The notes: a model not told the origin generated them from the letters alone. Counted from the whole stretch's first letter, positions 36,285 to 49,432 are shown. The stretch: 59,869 bases of DNA, filler included, from Sphacelaria rigidula (GCA_964200075.2; 8 parts of 8 records of this genome joined end to end with filler, not necessarily neighbours in it); one strand, 5' to 3'. Numbers and translations: made by a program.

Positions 36285-39200
36285 GTGTGAGCAGTACGCA
36301 TTGCAGTGGGAGAAGTGAACTTGGAATGCCGAAGGGTGGTGGGAACCCTCGTGAACGACGAGCCATGCAGCGGGAGAATGAAAATGCTCAGCACCTGAGG
36401 TGCTCCTTACTGAGGGTTAGCTCCTTGCTCTCGAAGCACCAGTAGCGGTGCGTGAGGGTACGATCTTACCCCGACCCCCCTTTCCTGTCGAACCTCTAGC
36501 TCCTCAAGACGTCAGCGCGGGAACTCTCACCAGGCCCCCCTCTCTACCCACCCACTTGCCCACCCGAACAGTTTTGGCATTGGTTGTACAATACCTACGA
36601 GATTCTCGTCAGTCGCCGTTGTATCCTGTAAGCATCGATACAAACTGCATCTCATACAGATCAGTCCCGTATTCTTCGTTATGTGAGAATTTGTATTTAT
36701 CGAGAGGAGGAATCACATTCCATAATCGCAAATATGATTCTACCCAGAACGTCCGGTTTTGAGTCTTATCGCAAATTCCTCATGCAGCAAAAACTGCGAA
36801 AACATTATTCATCACGATCAATAAAACCGAATGAGAACGAGGCGGCAATATCAACAAACTTCGACGTCTTTGACACCAGTACCCTACGGTACGGTAAGTA
36901 CATACCGTCCTGCAGAAACAATCGACCTTCCCGGAGCCCCGCCGTCGGGCTTTCTGCTCAACGATAGAGGGGTGTCGCGGTAGGCCCCCACAAAACCAGC
37001 CCCGTAACGTTCACGGAGAAAATGTCCATACAGCGCATGGCAGCTGGTCTCGAACTGTACGAAGCGCCTCATGTAAGCGCCATTGGCCAAAACGGTATCA
37101 AGCGTGGGAGTTCCCAGCTGCTCGGCGTGCTCAGACTTCGTAGTTTTGATTCGCATGCCCGATTTTGCCTGCTGAAGCCAACTACTTTTCAGGGGGGGGC
37201 TATCGTGGTATCACTCGATAGTTGTCATCTTCGTCAAAGCAGCAGGCGCGGCAGGGGGAAATAATCCATTGAGAGCGATCCATTTATTCTGCTCATCTTA
37301 CGTTTACAACACAACACAAAACGAAAAACTCAAAAAGCAAAAAAAAAAAAAAAAAAAAAAAAAAACACAAAAAGAAAACAAAANNNNNNNNNNNNNNNNN
37401 NNNNNNNNNNNNNNNNNNNNNNNNNNNTTAATTAATTAANNNNNNNNNNNNNNNNNNNNNNNNNNNNNNNNNNNNNNNNNNNNCTGTAGTGTCTGGTCCG
37501 GCGAAAACCCGGCGTGCTCCGTCCCGGCTTTGTAGGGATGCCGAGGTCAAGAGTTTCGAGACAATGTCATGGATGATCATGAGTACACCCCCCCATTGTA
37601 TCGAGTGCGGACATCCAGATGATCTCGACTAGGTGCTATGAACGATGGGTGCGGTCATCAATGTCCGCCTCCCCGGCCCTTCCCCTGCTCCGTCTCGGAA
37701 AGGATCCGTGTTCAATGGCCAAACGACTCAAGCAAGCAACAAATGAGTGCGCCCCCCACCCCTCCCCCAGCGAGATTGCGTGAGAGAATGCGGCAGCCCG
37801 TCCTCATGAAGAGATGCTACGATTCTGCAGGGGGGGAACTGACCCGTGATAATATAAGCGATGCAAATAAGAAACCGAACTTGGCTCATCATCCCGCGGT
37901 GCGGGTAGTCCATCCAGATCACGCGTACTTTTTTTAGTGATTATCGATGCCGATTCAGCAGGTGACCTAACCCCGCGACCAAAGGGTTAGACACACGTGG
38001 AATCTACTGTATTTCGCACTGGACGTAACAGTCGATACTGTACGCGGTACATTTTTTTCGGCAATGAAATATCTGGTCCATGGTGTGGAAATAGATGGGA
38101 ATACCTGCGCGGATATTTGCAGCATCATTAGGCCGTGTCTCGTCTAGACCAAATAAACAAGCGGGGAAATAAACAAGCGTCCAAAAGCACCATGTCACCA
38201 GTCACCGCAACCGTCTCGACCGATCAACACGCTGCTTTTGGACGGTTTTCCCTGTTTCACGCTCCTTGTCGTCGTCAGTAAGACACGGCCGGCCTCCGCA
38301 GCAGTTCCCTATAGTTCACTGATCCGTGCTGAGCTCTCACCGTACTAGTACTTCACTGTGTGCACAGCAGCTACACTAAAAAAGTACACATCCTTACGCC
38401 CCTGTGGTACTCCGCGTGTACGTACCTCGGACAAAGGTTTCGCATGAACGATGTACACCAGGGTGAACGGAGTGCATACTAACTGTTGTGAGTTTGACCG
38501 TCTCGTGTTGTGTGGCTGTTTGGTCACTGCAAAAGAAAACGTCGGCTTCGAAGCAAACACACCCTGTATTCACGGCTCTCACTGCGGTACCGCTACAGAG
38601 CCCGATGGTCAAGAGGCGAGGCTGGCAATATTCAATAGAGAATGAAAGCCCACGCTCTTCTCTTTCACCGCGGAATTAACGCGTTGGAGTAACTAGTTAA
38701 GGCAATGTGACATCGCAACAGCAAATCTCGCGATCATATCGCGCCCCCATGAAATACTCGCGGCTGCTGCGCTTCAACAGACATGAGAAAGGACTTACAA
38801 TGTACCAATGCGACAACCGAGCAAACGAGGGGGAAGGCGCACTTGACACACGCAGCTGTTATACTCAACCCAAGCGATTGTCGTCAACAAAACCAACTCC
38901 GAGCTTAGCGGAATCAAAACTACGTGTCCTTACACGCACATGACTCCCATCGGAGATCCAATAGCAAACGCGCATACTGTCTGTACTCAACACAAGACGC
39001 ATCACATCATGACACATGCTGACGTTCGAACGCACATCCATTTCGCATCCCCTTGTCTTAAAAAATGCACCATGATTGCAATAGCGCTGCAACTCGCGAT
39101 AGCATGCAGGCATGGACGAATCACGAAACAGTTTCCTGTTGCTTTTTGCAACCGTACCACAGAAACAGTGGTAGCGCTTGAACCCTTCCCCTCCCCCCCG

Positions 39201-39592
39201 GCCCCCATTCCTTCCGAGCCGTGCAGCGGACAAGGCCAAGATGCGTACGTGTGTTACCATAATATCAAGTGAAGTACAATACCTCCACGTACAGGCGATA
39301 GGCTACAGTCGAGTACCGTCAGCGCATGAATATTGCACACCAACATTCGGAGCCATGGCAGCATGTGCGGTACACATGGAGAGGGGATAGATAACAGGAG
39401 CAATGCCTACATAATAGCCCATCACACGGAAGGGAGGGTGGGATTCAGGCATACACTCTGGAGGTCCTGCTTCACCAACGCGAACGGTCTGGGATCATGT
39501 CATCATTGCCCGATGGTAACCAGGCAAAAACAAACCTCGCATGTGTCATCCTACCCTCACTAAAGCAAGTATGTAGAATCCGTAGAGCGTAC

Positions 39593-39748
39593 CTCAATTT
39601 CAGGGTGATTTGTGGGGGTGACCATCTTTTGCGCCATCCTCGAGTTGGACAAGCGGGCACGGGAGACTGACGTCCTGAGCGGCATTCCCATGAATGCCTC
39701 GGTGGTGCCCAGCACCAAGCAAGCAAGAGTGGCGGCCCTGACAAACAT
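39593..39748 (-). CDS. Exon 1 of a probable plastid-targeted protein (signal peptide, AF motif, transit peptide)
   Basis: MFVRAATLACLVLGTTEA-FMGMPLRTSVSRARLSNSRMAQKMVTPTNHPEIE|gtacgc; ASAFAP-like cleavage site followed by an S/R-rich transit peptide. Confidence 0.75.
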
Positions 39749-40160
39749 CTTTGCTACCGTTCCGTCGTCGGGTGCTGAGGGAGGCGAGAGAAGGGTTTGA
39801 GTGTATAGAGAGTATTGCTGTGCACTCACGACATGACCAAATGCACATGTAAAGAGTAGGAAGTGCATGGTACCCTTAACATGTTTTCATAGTACCCCGT
39901 AAAGAACGCCATTCTAGGTTCAATTCTACTTTTTCAAGAACCTGAGGTTTTGACCCGAATCTTCGTCCCTCCGATGATTTTCTGCTTTCTGTAATGAGTT
40001 CGACATCTGGTAGCATGGCATTGCTTCGAAATAAAAACCACCTATCTCATCGCATTTATTCTATGGCATATACTGCTACAGCTACCATTATGTCGTACCG
40101 CACCCGACACCCCCCTTCCTAACACTTTAGCTCCGTTTGAACCAACTTGGTTCCCTGCTC

Positions 40161-40991
40161 TGAACTGGTTCTTCGATCCCTCCTCTACGTCAAGCCTACC
40201 CTTGAGCGAGTTTGTCCGGTGATGTCTCGACGATGATGATCACTGGCACGCTATCGATACTGGTGGCGATAGCAGCTACCACATCAACGAACATACTGCC
40301 TGGAGTCTATGGATTCGCTCAGCCTATATTAAGGTGTGAGTTCTACATGACCAGCCCAGCAACGACCGGTAGCGAAAACATGTGCCAACAGGTGATCGGA
40401 GCGCTGTGTTGCAGTGCGCCCACCCGCTCAGCTGTACAGACGAAAGCACGAGTGAAGTTTAGTAGCTGATGAGGAAGGTATCAGCTACGCTTTGAACTGG
40501 TTCTTCGATCCAGTGCAGTACAGTACATCTATCCTTGAGTGTGCGTGTCCGGTAATATCTCCTCCATGATGCGTAATGACACGCTGTCGATACTAGTGGC
40601 TTCAGCAGCTATTATACCACGTCGACGAACGAAGAACACCACATTGCCTGAAGTTTCCCTTCATCCAATATTCAGGTGTGAGGCCGTGCCCTATCAAATT
40701 GTTTTCGTGTCGAGAACTTGCGGTCGAATCGAATTCGCTCGTATCTGATTCGTCTAAACTTTTTTTTTCATATGGTTGAGAGCGTGAATGCCGTGGCCGT
40801 ATCAGGTACGAGCAAATTCGATTCCACCGTGCGTTTTCGAGTCGAAAACAATTTGGAAGACACGGCCTGAGTTCTACGTGACCAGCCTAAAACAAAAACA
40901 TGTTCTTATTCTTATAACAAGTGGTATTCTTATAACAAGTAGCCGCTCATCTGCACAGTACAAGTATTGTTCAGTAGCTGATGAGGAAGGT
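40161..40991 (+). repeat. Diverged tandem duplication of a ~320-bp unit (40161-40479, 40493-40991)
   Basis: Both units start tgaactggttcttcgatcc and end agtagctgatgaggaaggt. Confidence 0.8.
40682..40867. mobile_element. PIF/Harbinger-like (Tourist-type) MITE
   Basis: TIR ggccgtg..cacggcc with long inverted arms; 3-bp TSD TGA; empty site aggtgTGAgttctac in the paralogous unit. Confidence 0.85.
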
Positions 40992-41093
40992 GACTCACAG
41001 TTTCACAGCACTATCGTTCAGCTCAGCAACCGGCAGTGACGGTGTTGACTGATTTTTTTACCTGTACAAATCTGCGCCAAATAAAATTATGTA

Positions 41094-41627
41094 CTCCCTC
41101 CGTCCTATAATATAATGCCGGTTCGGATTTCCCGGAATATTATGCAGGTTTCTACCAATCCTTTTGTTTATGTTTTATGAGTTTGAAATACGATCAAATA
41201 TCAGATGGGTGCATGAAAAAAAACATGGAGGGAGGAAGGGTTTTTCGCGCCCCCTGCTTGATGACGTCGCGGTGACACCCGCTGATGATCCGGAGTCATG
41301 ACTACTGCTGTTGATGTCGTGAATCACCGCAGTCCTTTCTGAATCTTGCGCTTTGGCCCTTGGGAGAGACTCCCGTCAACATATATGGCTGAAGATGAAA
41401 TGAGGAGGCTTTTGACCGAAGGTTCAAAGTAAGGGTGGTGATTCCGAGCTGCTTGTGCTGAGGTGGACAACCCTTTTTCTTAAGAGTGGGGAAAAGGAGC
41501 TGTTTTGGGGCATGAAGCATGAATGCGGCGAAACCGAGAGAGAATTTACGTTCGGCAAAAACGTTTGATAGGCTAGAGTTAGACCGCGTTTTGTCGGATC
41601 CGGCATTGTATTATGGAACTGAGGGAG
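41094..41627. mobile_element. Stowaway-like (Tc1/mariner) MITE
   Basis: TA|ctccctccgtcctataatataatgccgg ... ccggcattgtattatggaactgagggag|TA. Confidence 0.85.
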
Positions 41628-41849
41628 TATGTATCAGAATGCCCGCACTTTGATTATAGTCGTGAATGCCCGCACTTGGCCCGCGTACAAAAACCATTGC
41701 ACTTTTGAACAGAAACTTTGTAGAATTCTCGACCCTGGACGAAGTCACCGCCGTGAAACTTGGTGCACTGGCCGAACACAACGCAGACAGCATGTGCATC
41801 AGTCGCCGGCACGTTCGGGCGTGCAAGTTAAACTCAGCGATGAGTTTGA

Positions 41850-42400
41850 TTCTCGGGAATACCGGCGATGCGCCATCAAATCGGCTCTCTCGCAGCCCGG
41901 AGCTCGTACACCGTGAGTGAATGCATATCTGGACGCGCTGGTGCACTCTCTTCCACATGATGAGCACCTGGGGGGGGGTGCTTTGTTCGCAGGCCAATCA
42001 TAGATATGTGCTGTGATACCCTCTGGATAATCACATCCTGTAAAAAGTCATTACGACATCGCCTGTAGAGGTGCTCAGTTCGGGATACACGGTCGTACGC
42101 GCGCTGTCGGCGTGTCGCAATGCGCTGAAACTTCGGCCACATGTAAGGTAAACAATAGTCAACAAGCCCATCTGCCTCGATCTGAAGTCGCACGGTGCAT
42201 AAGTGCGCGACGAGGTGAAGAGCGCTCAGATTCGCTTCCAAAACGGTGTTTTTTGTTGAATTTTGACTCAGGACTGTGCATGTTTTCAGCCGACTGAAGA
42301 CCTCCCCGTGCTCGTATCCCACCAGCGCATGATCCTCTATTTAATAGCTTTGCAGCATAAATGGAGGACCCGCGTTCAGATCTGCGAAGCTCCTGACATC
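41850..42400 (-). mobile_element. Possible degenerate mariner-type transposase relic
   Basis: SQNSTKN..., DGLVDYCLPYMWPKF, VIIQRVSQH and SAPARPDMHSL weakly recall mariner IIQQD / QPP.SPD.N motifs. Confidence 0.3.
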
Positions 42401-43519
42401 GCTGTTAGCTAACGATGCGTACAGTCATTTACAGGTCACGTATGCCGAAAGGAGTAGGTGGCGAAGTATGTGACCCCCAGATGATGCACTTTTCCAGTCT
42501 CGGCATTCTTGACGTTCAACCCGGCGCACACCCCTGTGCAACGTTTGGTCTACGGTATGATGCAGCACATCAGTCAGTACGACATCTCACTACGAGCAGT
42601 ATCTCGGGAAATCTCGGTGGGTAACTTTCCGCCGAAGCGATTTCCGGCTGCCGCCGCAGGTTACAAGGTAATCGATTATTGAGATATCCATATCACCTGG
42701 GAGGGGGGAGGGGGGAGTGTCCCCCCCACGAAAGGAAGTGTAATAAGTGCCGCCTGCTTTGATGACCTGGAAACACTTCAGTACGTGCGACATACACATG
42801 GCAGCTTTAGCAAGCATTTCCCGTCCAATTTACCTTGGAAATGCCAAGTTTTGTGAGGGCGGCCGGGCAGGCACCGCACCGGCTACTGCGAGACAATCAG
42901 GGCGTGTCTTAGCACGTCATATTTCGATCGAAGAAGTGCGGTGCAGCAGAAAGATTCCGATATGATGAGTCGTCATTCGTGTCCACCTTATTGATGTTCA
43001 AATTACCACCTATCAGATCGGAATTTTCCTCTTCCGCCGCACTTTTTCGATCGAAAAAAGTTGTGCTTAGAGATGCTCTCAATTAAGAAATCAAAGTAAC
43101 CAGTCGATCCCCGAACATCTAATATCTGATTAATTTTTTCGGGCACAAAATGTCGCAGGAGGCTAGCACGCGTGCCGAGGAGGACACCCGTTTCGACGCC
43201 ATGTAACTGTCGCAGTCGTACCAGCAGCTCAAGGTTTCCGATCTACGACGTGTGTGAGCGGTTTACTCCTCCACCAGGGATTCACGCTGCGTCTACAGGG
43301 GCGCACGCAGACGAGTTGCAAAGGTACATACACATCAGAGCAGGAGAAAAAACGGTTCGTTTTCATAGACGGGTGACATGCTGTCAGATTTCGAAGGAGC
43401 TACTATAGCCACGAAGATAATTTTCGACGATGTATCGCCGCCCTCCTTGTTCGCGAGGCATGTTGTTGAGCACGCGGGGAAGCTGTAGTCGCAGCGATTC
43501 GCTCGTTAGGCCCATTATT

Positions 43520-43931
43520 AGGCCGCTTCTTATGGCAAATAAAAAAAAAAAACTGTAGACCTGCCTTTTTTTGCCCTTCTGCGTCATTTCAAGCTCTCAA
43601 AGAGGCCAAGGCAGATTTTGACACCTTGGAATGACTTGCTCCACCCGTAGAGACGGTTCCACGACATCTTCGCGTTTTCCTGTGGCCGCAGTTTTATATT
43701 TGTCCAGAGACGGTCAAGTCCAGAGCAAATTTCTTTTTTTTTCTAGATTTGATAATTTTTTACCGTTCTTGGACGTAAATGTAAGTTTGACCGGAAACGC
43801 AAAGCTGTCGTGAAACCGTTTCGACGAGTAAAGCACGCCATTCCAAGGTGTCTCTCCTGTAGGGCGTAAACGACGAAGGACCAAAAAGGCGTCTTTACAA
43901 TTTTTCTTTTGATCGCCATAAGAAGCGGCCT
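43520..43931. mobile_element. Foldback MITE, TIR AGGCCGCTTCTTATGGC
   Basis: aggccgcttcttatggc..gacaccttggaatg / cattccaaggtgtc..gccataagaagcggcct; related copy at ~46288-46782. Confidence 0.8.
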
Positions 43932-43936
43932 GATCA

Positions 43937-44256
43937 GGCCCATTATTTTCGACACTTTTTTCTCGGAGATCTCCACATTTTTCGGGACTGGCAAGGTCCC
44001 TGACGACTCTCGAATGCTCACGGGCGCCACGGCATACACACGGGGCAGCTCTCGGAAGTGCTGTGCCGCAGTCCGAAGTATTCGGACATGTCCAAAACTG
44101 AAGCGTCGGAGACAAAATCATTCCCCTTCGTTTTTCGGATCAGTCTGAAAGCAGAGCTGGCGCGGCCCCGCGAACATTCGACAGTCATGAGGTATCCTGC
44201 CAGTCCCGAAAATTTTGCACATGTGCGAAAAAGCAGTGTCGATAATGATGGGCCTG
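43937..44256. mobile_element. MITE, TIR AGGCCCATYATT.TCGACAC
   Basis: ggcccattattttcgacac..ttttcgggactggca / tgccagtcccgaaaa..gtgtcgataatgatgggcc. Confidence 0.8.
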
Positions 44257-45042
44257 GCTTTAGTCGGCAAGAGGATAGCCGTGGCGTATTCGAGCTGCGT
44301 TCGGCCCACTACCCACCCCAATGTTTCGATCAAGCCTTTCCCCTCTGGTTGGGTATCGGTACCGACGTTATCGGTACATCGTACCGTATCTACGTATATT
44401 ACAGAAGCGGCTCGCTCATAGGGAACTGAAAATCAGGGTCAGCCCGAGTTTCTTATCTGATGCAACAAAGGTTGGATCATGACCTGCTGTACTGGACTTG
44501 GTGGAGCGGTTGTCGCTGAGGCTGAAAACTTGTCTTTTTTTCTCGTGACAAATCCCAGCCTGTTGTTCGCACGACCTATTTTCATATGAGCGGGCGACCG
44601 TTGTATGGCATCGGTGATTGGCAATCATATCGTCTGTTTGTCGTTGCCAAAAATTATAAATGCAATTAGATGGGTCATTGTCCAGTGGATAGTATATGGA
44701 GTACATCCGGGACACCCTCGCCTGGTGACTCAGAGATGAACCACTGATTTTCCGTGCTTCATCGGCTGCCACGATCTTCCAGTACATATAACATAGCCAA
44801 ATCCTACTGACACATGGCCCTAGTTTCCCCCCCCCCCCCCCCTACAATCCGTCTCGAAAGGGATGCGTGGTCAATGGTCNNNNNNNNNNNNNNNNNNNNN
44901 NNNNNNNNNNNNNNNNNNNNNNNTTAATTAATTAANNNNNNNNNNNNNNNNNNNNNNNNNNNNNNNNNNNNNNNNNNNNCGGTTGGTGCCCAGGTGTGCT
45001 GAACCGCGCCGCGCCGGATGTTGCGGGGGCGAGGTTGCGGGG

Positions 45043-45079
<37 letters not shown>

Positions 45080-45312
45080 TGTTTGATTCCACGGAAAAAT
45101 AGGCTCATAAATGCTTCAGACGACCCAACACGCTCGTGGTGTGCTTGTATTTGGGTAAAAGCGGTGTCAAGCTAGTATGAAGAAGCGTTATTTATCGGAG
45201 GCAAGCGCGTTTGAACAACCGTTACTGCTGCCTAACGACGATTCCAAGTAGAATTTCATGGAAGAGAACGGCCCGAAATACCCCCCCTCTATCGTAGCAT
45301 GACTCGACAGTA
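45080..45312 (+). repeat. Repeat end (inverted copy at 52082-52330)
   Basis: tgtttgattccacg..ccccccctctatcgtagcatgactcg matches the reverse complement of 52082-52330. Confidence 0.8.
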
Positions 45313-46287
45313 TCGATCATTTTTGCTCGCTTTTTGTTAGTTTTGATCCTCGTTACGACAAATTGTGCCTAAGGTAGATTGCAACATGTGAAGGGAATGT
45401 TACCCAACCTTTACAGGTGTCAGAGGCCCCACTATTAGATGCGAGCCACGACCGATGGGGTTACCACTACTAGGTACGAAATACTGGCGCAAAATCTATC
45501 CATCGAAGGATAAAAATGTAAAGTGTATCCCCCTCTAAGCACAGATTAATTCTCTGTCAGCGCACATCGCACGCAAAACCCGTAGACGCTGAACAAGCGA
45601 GACACACCATTGCTGTTACAGGATAAATCAAGATACGGGTGGGGGAGGCGGAGGGGTAAATTACACGCACCCTATCCCTAGGACACAATCCACCCGTCTT
45701 CCCCTCCACAAAGGCATTCACTGGCTGGGCGGTAGGTTGATGGTTCGGGTGGTGCCTACCTCTTTCGGACGTTGTGGAAGCTTGCAGCCTTCTTACGAAG
45801 AGCACGAGATTTTATCAATTGAGGATGACCCTTGGGAACCTTCATGAGCGTCAAAATATCTTCTACACACCCTGGACAAAAGATGACATCACCAAAAAGT
45901 ATACTGCGTACAGTATCGACAATGGTGCCTATTGCAAACAGACAACATATCGCATACTGTACGCAGTACATCGTTTTACGTTGTAGTCTCTCGTCTAAGT
46001 GTGATCTTAAAAAAAACAAAATACAAACGCACTCTCCGGCCGTGGTGTATGGCCTCGCTCATCATCCAAAGAATGCATCCGCAGTTTGCAAAGCCCCGTA
46101 TTATTCATATCAAACCGTTTCAACCTTTATTCATTCCAGTGCAAAAATCGTCCTTATTCGTCAGTATCCCCCCGATAAACACTGGGTTTTACAAAGTGCG
46201 GGTATTTTTCTTTCATGAATGAGCGAGGCCACACATCACTGCCGCATAGTGCATTTGAATTTTTTCCCCCGATTTTTTTCGATGCTT

Positions 46288-46782
46288 AAGCCGCTCTAAA
46301 ATCTAGAAAAAGGCCTTTTTGGATCTTTGATGTCAGTTTACACCCTAAAAGAGAGCTACGAGGATTTTGACACCTTGGAATGCCTTGCGGTAGTCGTTGA
46401 CACGGTTCCAGCACACCTCTGCGTTTTCCCGTTGGCCGCAGTTTTTTTCTTGCCCAACCTTGCCTTTTTCCCGGAGGCCGCTCATTTCTCTCGGAGACCG
46501 ACCGGTCGAGTTCAGAAAAACTTCGTGAATTTTTGTGGACTTGACCGGTCGGTCTCCGAAAAAAATGAGCAATCTACGTGAAAAATGCAAGTGTGGGCAA
46601 GAAAAAAACTGCGACCACCGACAAAATGCACAGGCGTGCTGGAACCGTCTCACAATGGGTACAGCGAGGCATTCCAAGGTTTCACAAGCCGCCTAGCTCT
46701 CTGTTAGGGCGTAAAACGAAGTAGAGGCTAAAGAAAGACACATTTCCAGATTTTTATTCTCATCTACTATAAGGATCGGCCT
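46288..46782. mobile_element. Foldback MITE related to 43520-43931
   Basis: gattttgacaccttggaatgcc..gcagtttttttcttgccc / gggcaagaaaaaaactgc..ggcattccaagg. Confidence 0.75.
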
Positions 46783-47694
46783 TGCAAAGGTTCCCAAGGT
46801 TCCCCCTAAGAAAAAAGAACTCAACCGGTAAAATCCCGGGATTGAACCTTAATGCTTCGCGGTAGATCTTCGTGTTCACGTAATACATCGAGACCGTGTG
46901 TGTACGAGTATGAAAAAATTGCGACTGTTCGAGAGATCCACTCGGCATTTGGCGGGCGCGACGAAGGAGTCACGGGCGGATCTAAGCCGCCACAAATTCC
47001 ACAGCTGGTACGTGAAGGTTACCCGCTACTACTTCGAAGAGACCAGCGATAAAAAAATTGCAGGAGCTGCACAGGAGCTCCGCAAGTGTCGTCAGCATTT
47101 TCCCGCTCCTCGTTGGCTCCTGTGGCAACGGTGGGCGGTGGTATCTAGTAATGCCACTTCGTGCCCAACTCTGCACTGGCCGACAATACGGTGCGTATGT
47201 ATGTTTGCCCACATCCATATCTATATTGGCATCTCCGTATGGTACGTGGTTCATGCACCGTACATTATGGAGCAGAGAGGAGGTGAAAGTGTGCTGCCCG
47301 CGCGATACACGATACGAACAGCACATACGGACTCAGTCACTCATCTCTCTCTGCGCTCTAGCTGTGGTGATGACGGTTGCGTGCACTGTCCACTTCAAAC
47401 ATCAGGCAACACAACGTGGTCCAGATTCGCACATTAGACTTGCTTCAATACTTCACTCTGGCGTAAAACCCACCACACCACGGCGTGATTGATCGGTATC
47501 ATACCACAGATCACACAACAAATCACAAAAAATAGCTGTTCAGTCGGTCAAAACTCACGTCAATCTCTCTCCGGCGGGTACTCAACATTCGGAAAACCCG
47601 ATTGCCAATAAAACGCATCTCATCAACAAACCACACATGTCTGTCTTAAAACCGCTTCACAGTATTTGGAACAAGCGGCGCGCACGCGCAGCCG

Positions 47695-49432
47695 TCATCG
47701 CCCTTCCTCCTCTTCTAACCCAGACAAGTCATCTTCACCACTACCCTCCTGCTCCGCACCCCCCAAACGCCTCCTGAATGCCGCCCACACCCCGTGCGCT
47801 GTCCTCGAAGTGACAGCTCTACGAGCCCAAAACCCGTCCACGTTCCACTCACCAACTCCGCCACGCTGCCCATCTTCTTCTACTTCACCCTCCCCCCGCC
47901 CCTCTGTCTCTCTTCGTCTCCGACTAGACTTCACCGCTGCCACCGAGGACGACCCCGCCGACCCCGACATCCGCGCGTGCCCCTGTGCACCACCGTCACC
48001 GGCACCTTGCGGCCGTTCAGCTCCGGCCCCTCGATCGGCGGTTCGCAGGTCGAGTCTAACGGGAGGCAGCCTCAACTCTTCTCCATCTTCGTCATCGCAG
48101 AACACTTCGAGATCCAAATATCGTCGCCGCCGCCGCCGCCTGAACTCGCGCGGTGGAGATTTTGCGGTAGTAGTAGTAGCATCTACATGGCTGCCTTGAT
48201 TTTCCTCGTGTCCGGTTGTTTCTTCTCCTGTACGAGTCTGGGGCGGCGGTGGGGCCTCAGTGGGGGGACGAGGAAGCCAACCGCCCCCTGCCGGCCTTGC
48301 ATGCTCAAGATCTCCTGTAGTGCTCGACGCACCCACATATTGCGCAGCCTCAACACTCGCCGGCAGCGGTGGCGGCGGAGACGAGGAAAGGTCCTGCTGT
48401 TGCTGCTTCTGCTGCAAGGGATCAGTCTCGGTCCATGGCAAGTGCTGTTGCTCCAACACTTCGTGCTGTTGTAGATCTTGTGAAAACCCACGGGTCACGC
48501 TGACTTCTCCTGCTTCTCCTCCGCTCAGATCACGTTCACCCTCACGCGTCGCCCATCTGCTGTCGTTGTGAGGAGCATCACCAGGTATAATGGACGGTGC
48601 TACCCTCGTTTCCTGAGGATCGCCGCCCGCCGCCACTGCTTTCGCTGCCGCTAACGCCACACCCATATCTCCAGCCCCGCTTCCGCCCCCAAACTCTTCC
48701 TCGAACCAATCAAGAACAACGGGAAGAGCATCATCATTCCCGGGAGCGTGGGATGAATCTACCGTGTCGGACGCCGCAGGGTTTCCAATCAGCGACGGCG
48801 TCCCAGTCGCGTCGGATTCAGGCCATGCTAGGCCGAAGGGAGTGCTAGAGCTGCTGTCCCAACTCCCATCAGCACTATTGCGGTCACCACTAAGGCCAGG
48901 TGTATTGCCATCTTGTCGCTGTGACTGTGTCCATTCTCCCCACTCGTCCCCAAGTTGAGCGCCGAAGACACCATTCACCTCGTGCCATGGTGCATCCTCG
49001 CCCCCTCCCCATGCACCGCCGGCACCGGCAACATCGGAGCCGGGCGCAGTTTCCGTGGAAAGAGCACCATCCGTGCGCTCTTGATACCCTTTCTGGCCCA
49101 CGTCCCCTATCGCTTCGCCATAGCCGAACCCTGCCCTGATCCCTCCCCCGTTCGCACCGTCAGGGGGGTATTCCATAGAGTTAGCCGCACCGTCTGATAC
49201 TGACAGTGGCGATAGCGAGATAGGATCGGCGTTGGTGTTTTTGTTGTTGTTGTCGTGCTTCTTTTCTGAACCGGCGTCGCGGGACATCCAGTCGTCGCCG
49301 GCGCCGTCTCCCTCCACGTCATTGGGTAGCTTCCACAGAGGCGTGTCCAGGACGGGGTCATCGTCATCCGAGTGCATGAAGCTGGCGTACAGGAAGGCGT
49401 TGTTGTAGGATATCATGGAGACCTCGGCCACT
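47695..49432 (-). CDS. UBA1: UBA1-like terminal exon: ubiquitin-fold domain interrupted by a ~400-aa low-complexity insert
   Basis: atcag|A GTG GCC (phase 2); VSMISYNNAFLYASF ... YLDLEVFCDDEDGEELRLPPVRL are the two ends of the UFD. Confidence 0.8.

Noticed and set aside
40461..40490. CTGATGAG as a hammerhead ribozyme core or C/D snoRNA box
   Set aside because: No stem II-GAAA-stem III arrangement and no properly spaced C/D pair found
46898..47437. 179-aa ORF
   Set aside because: No recognisable domain or splice support
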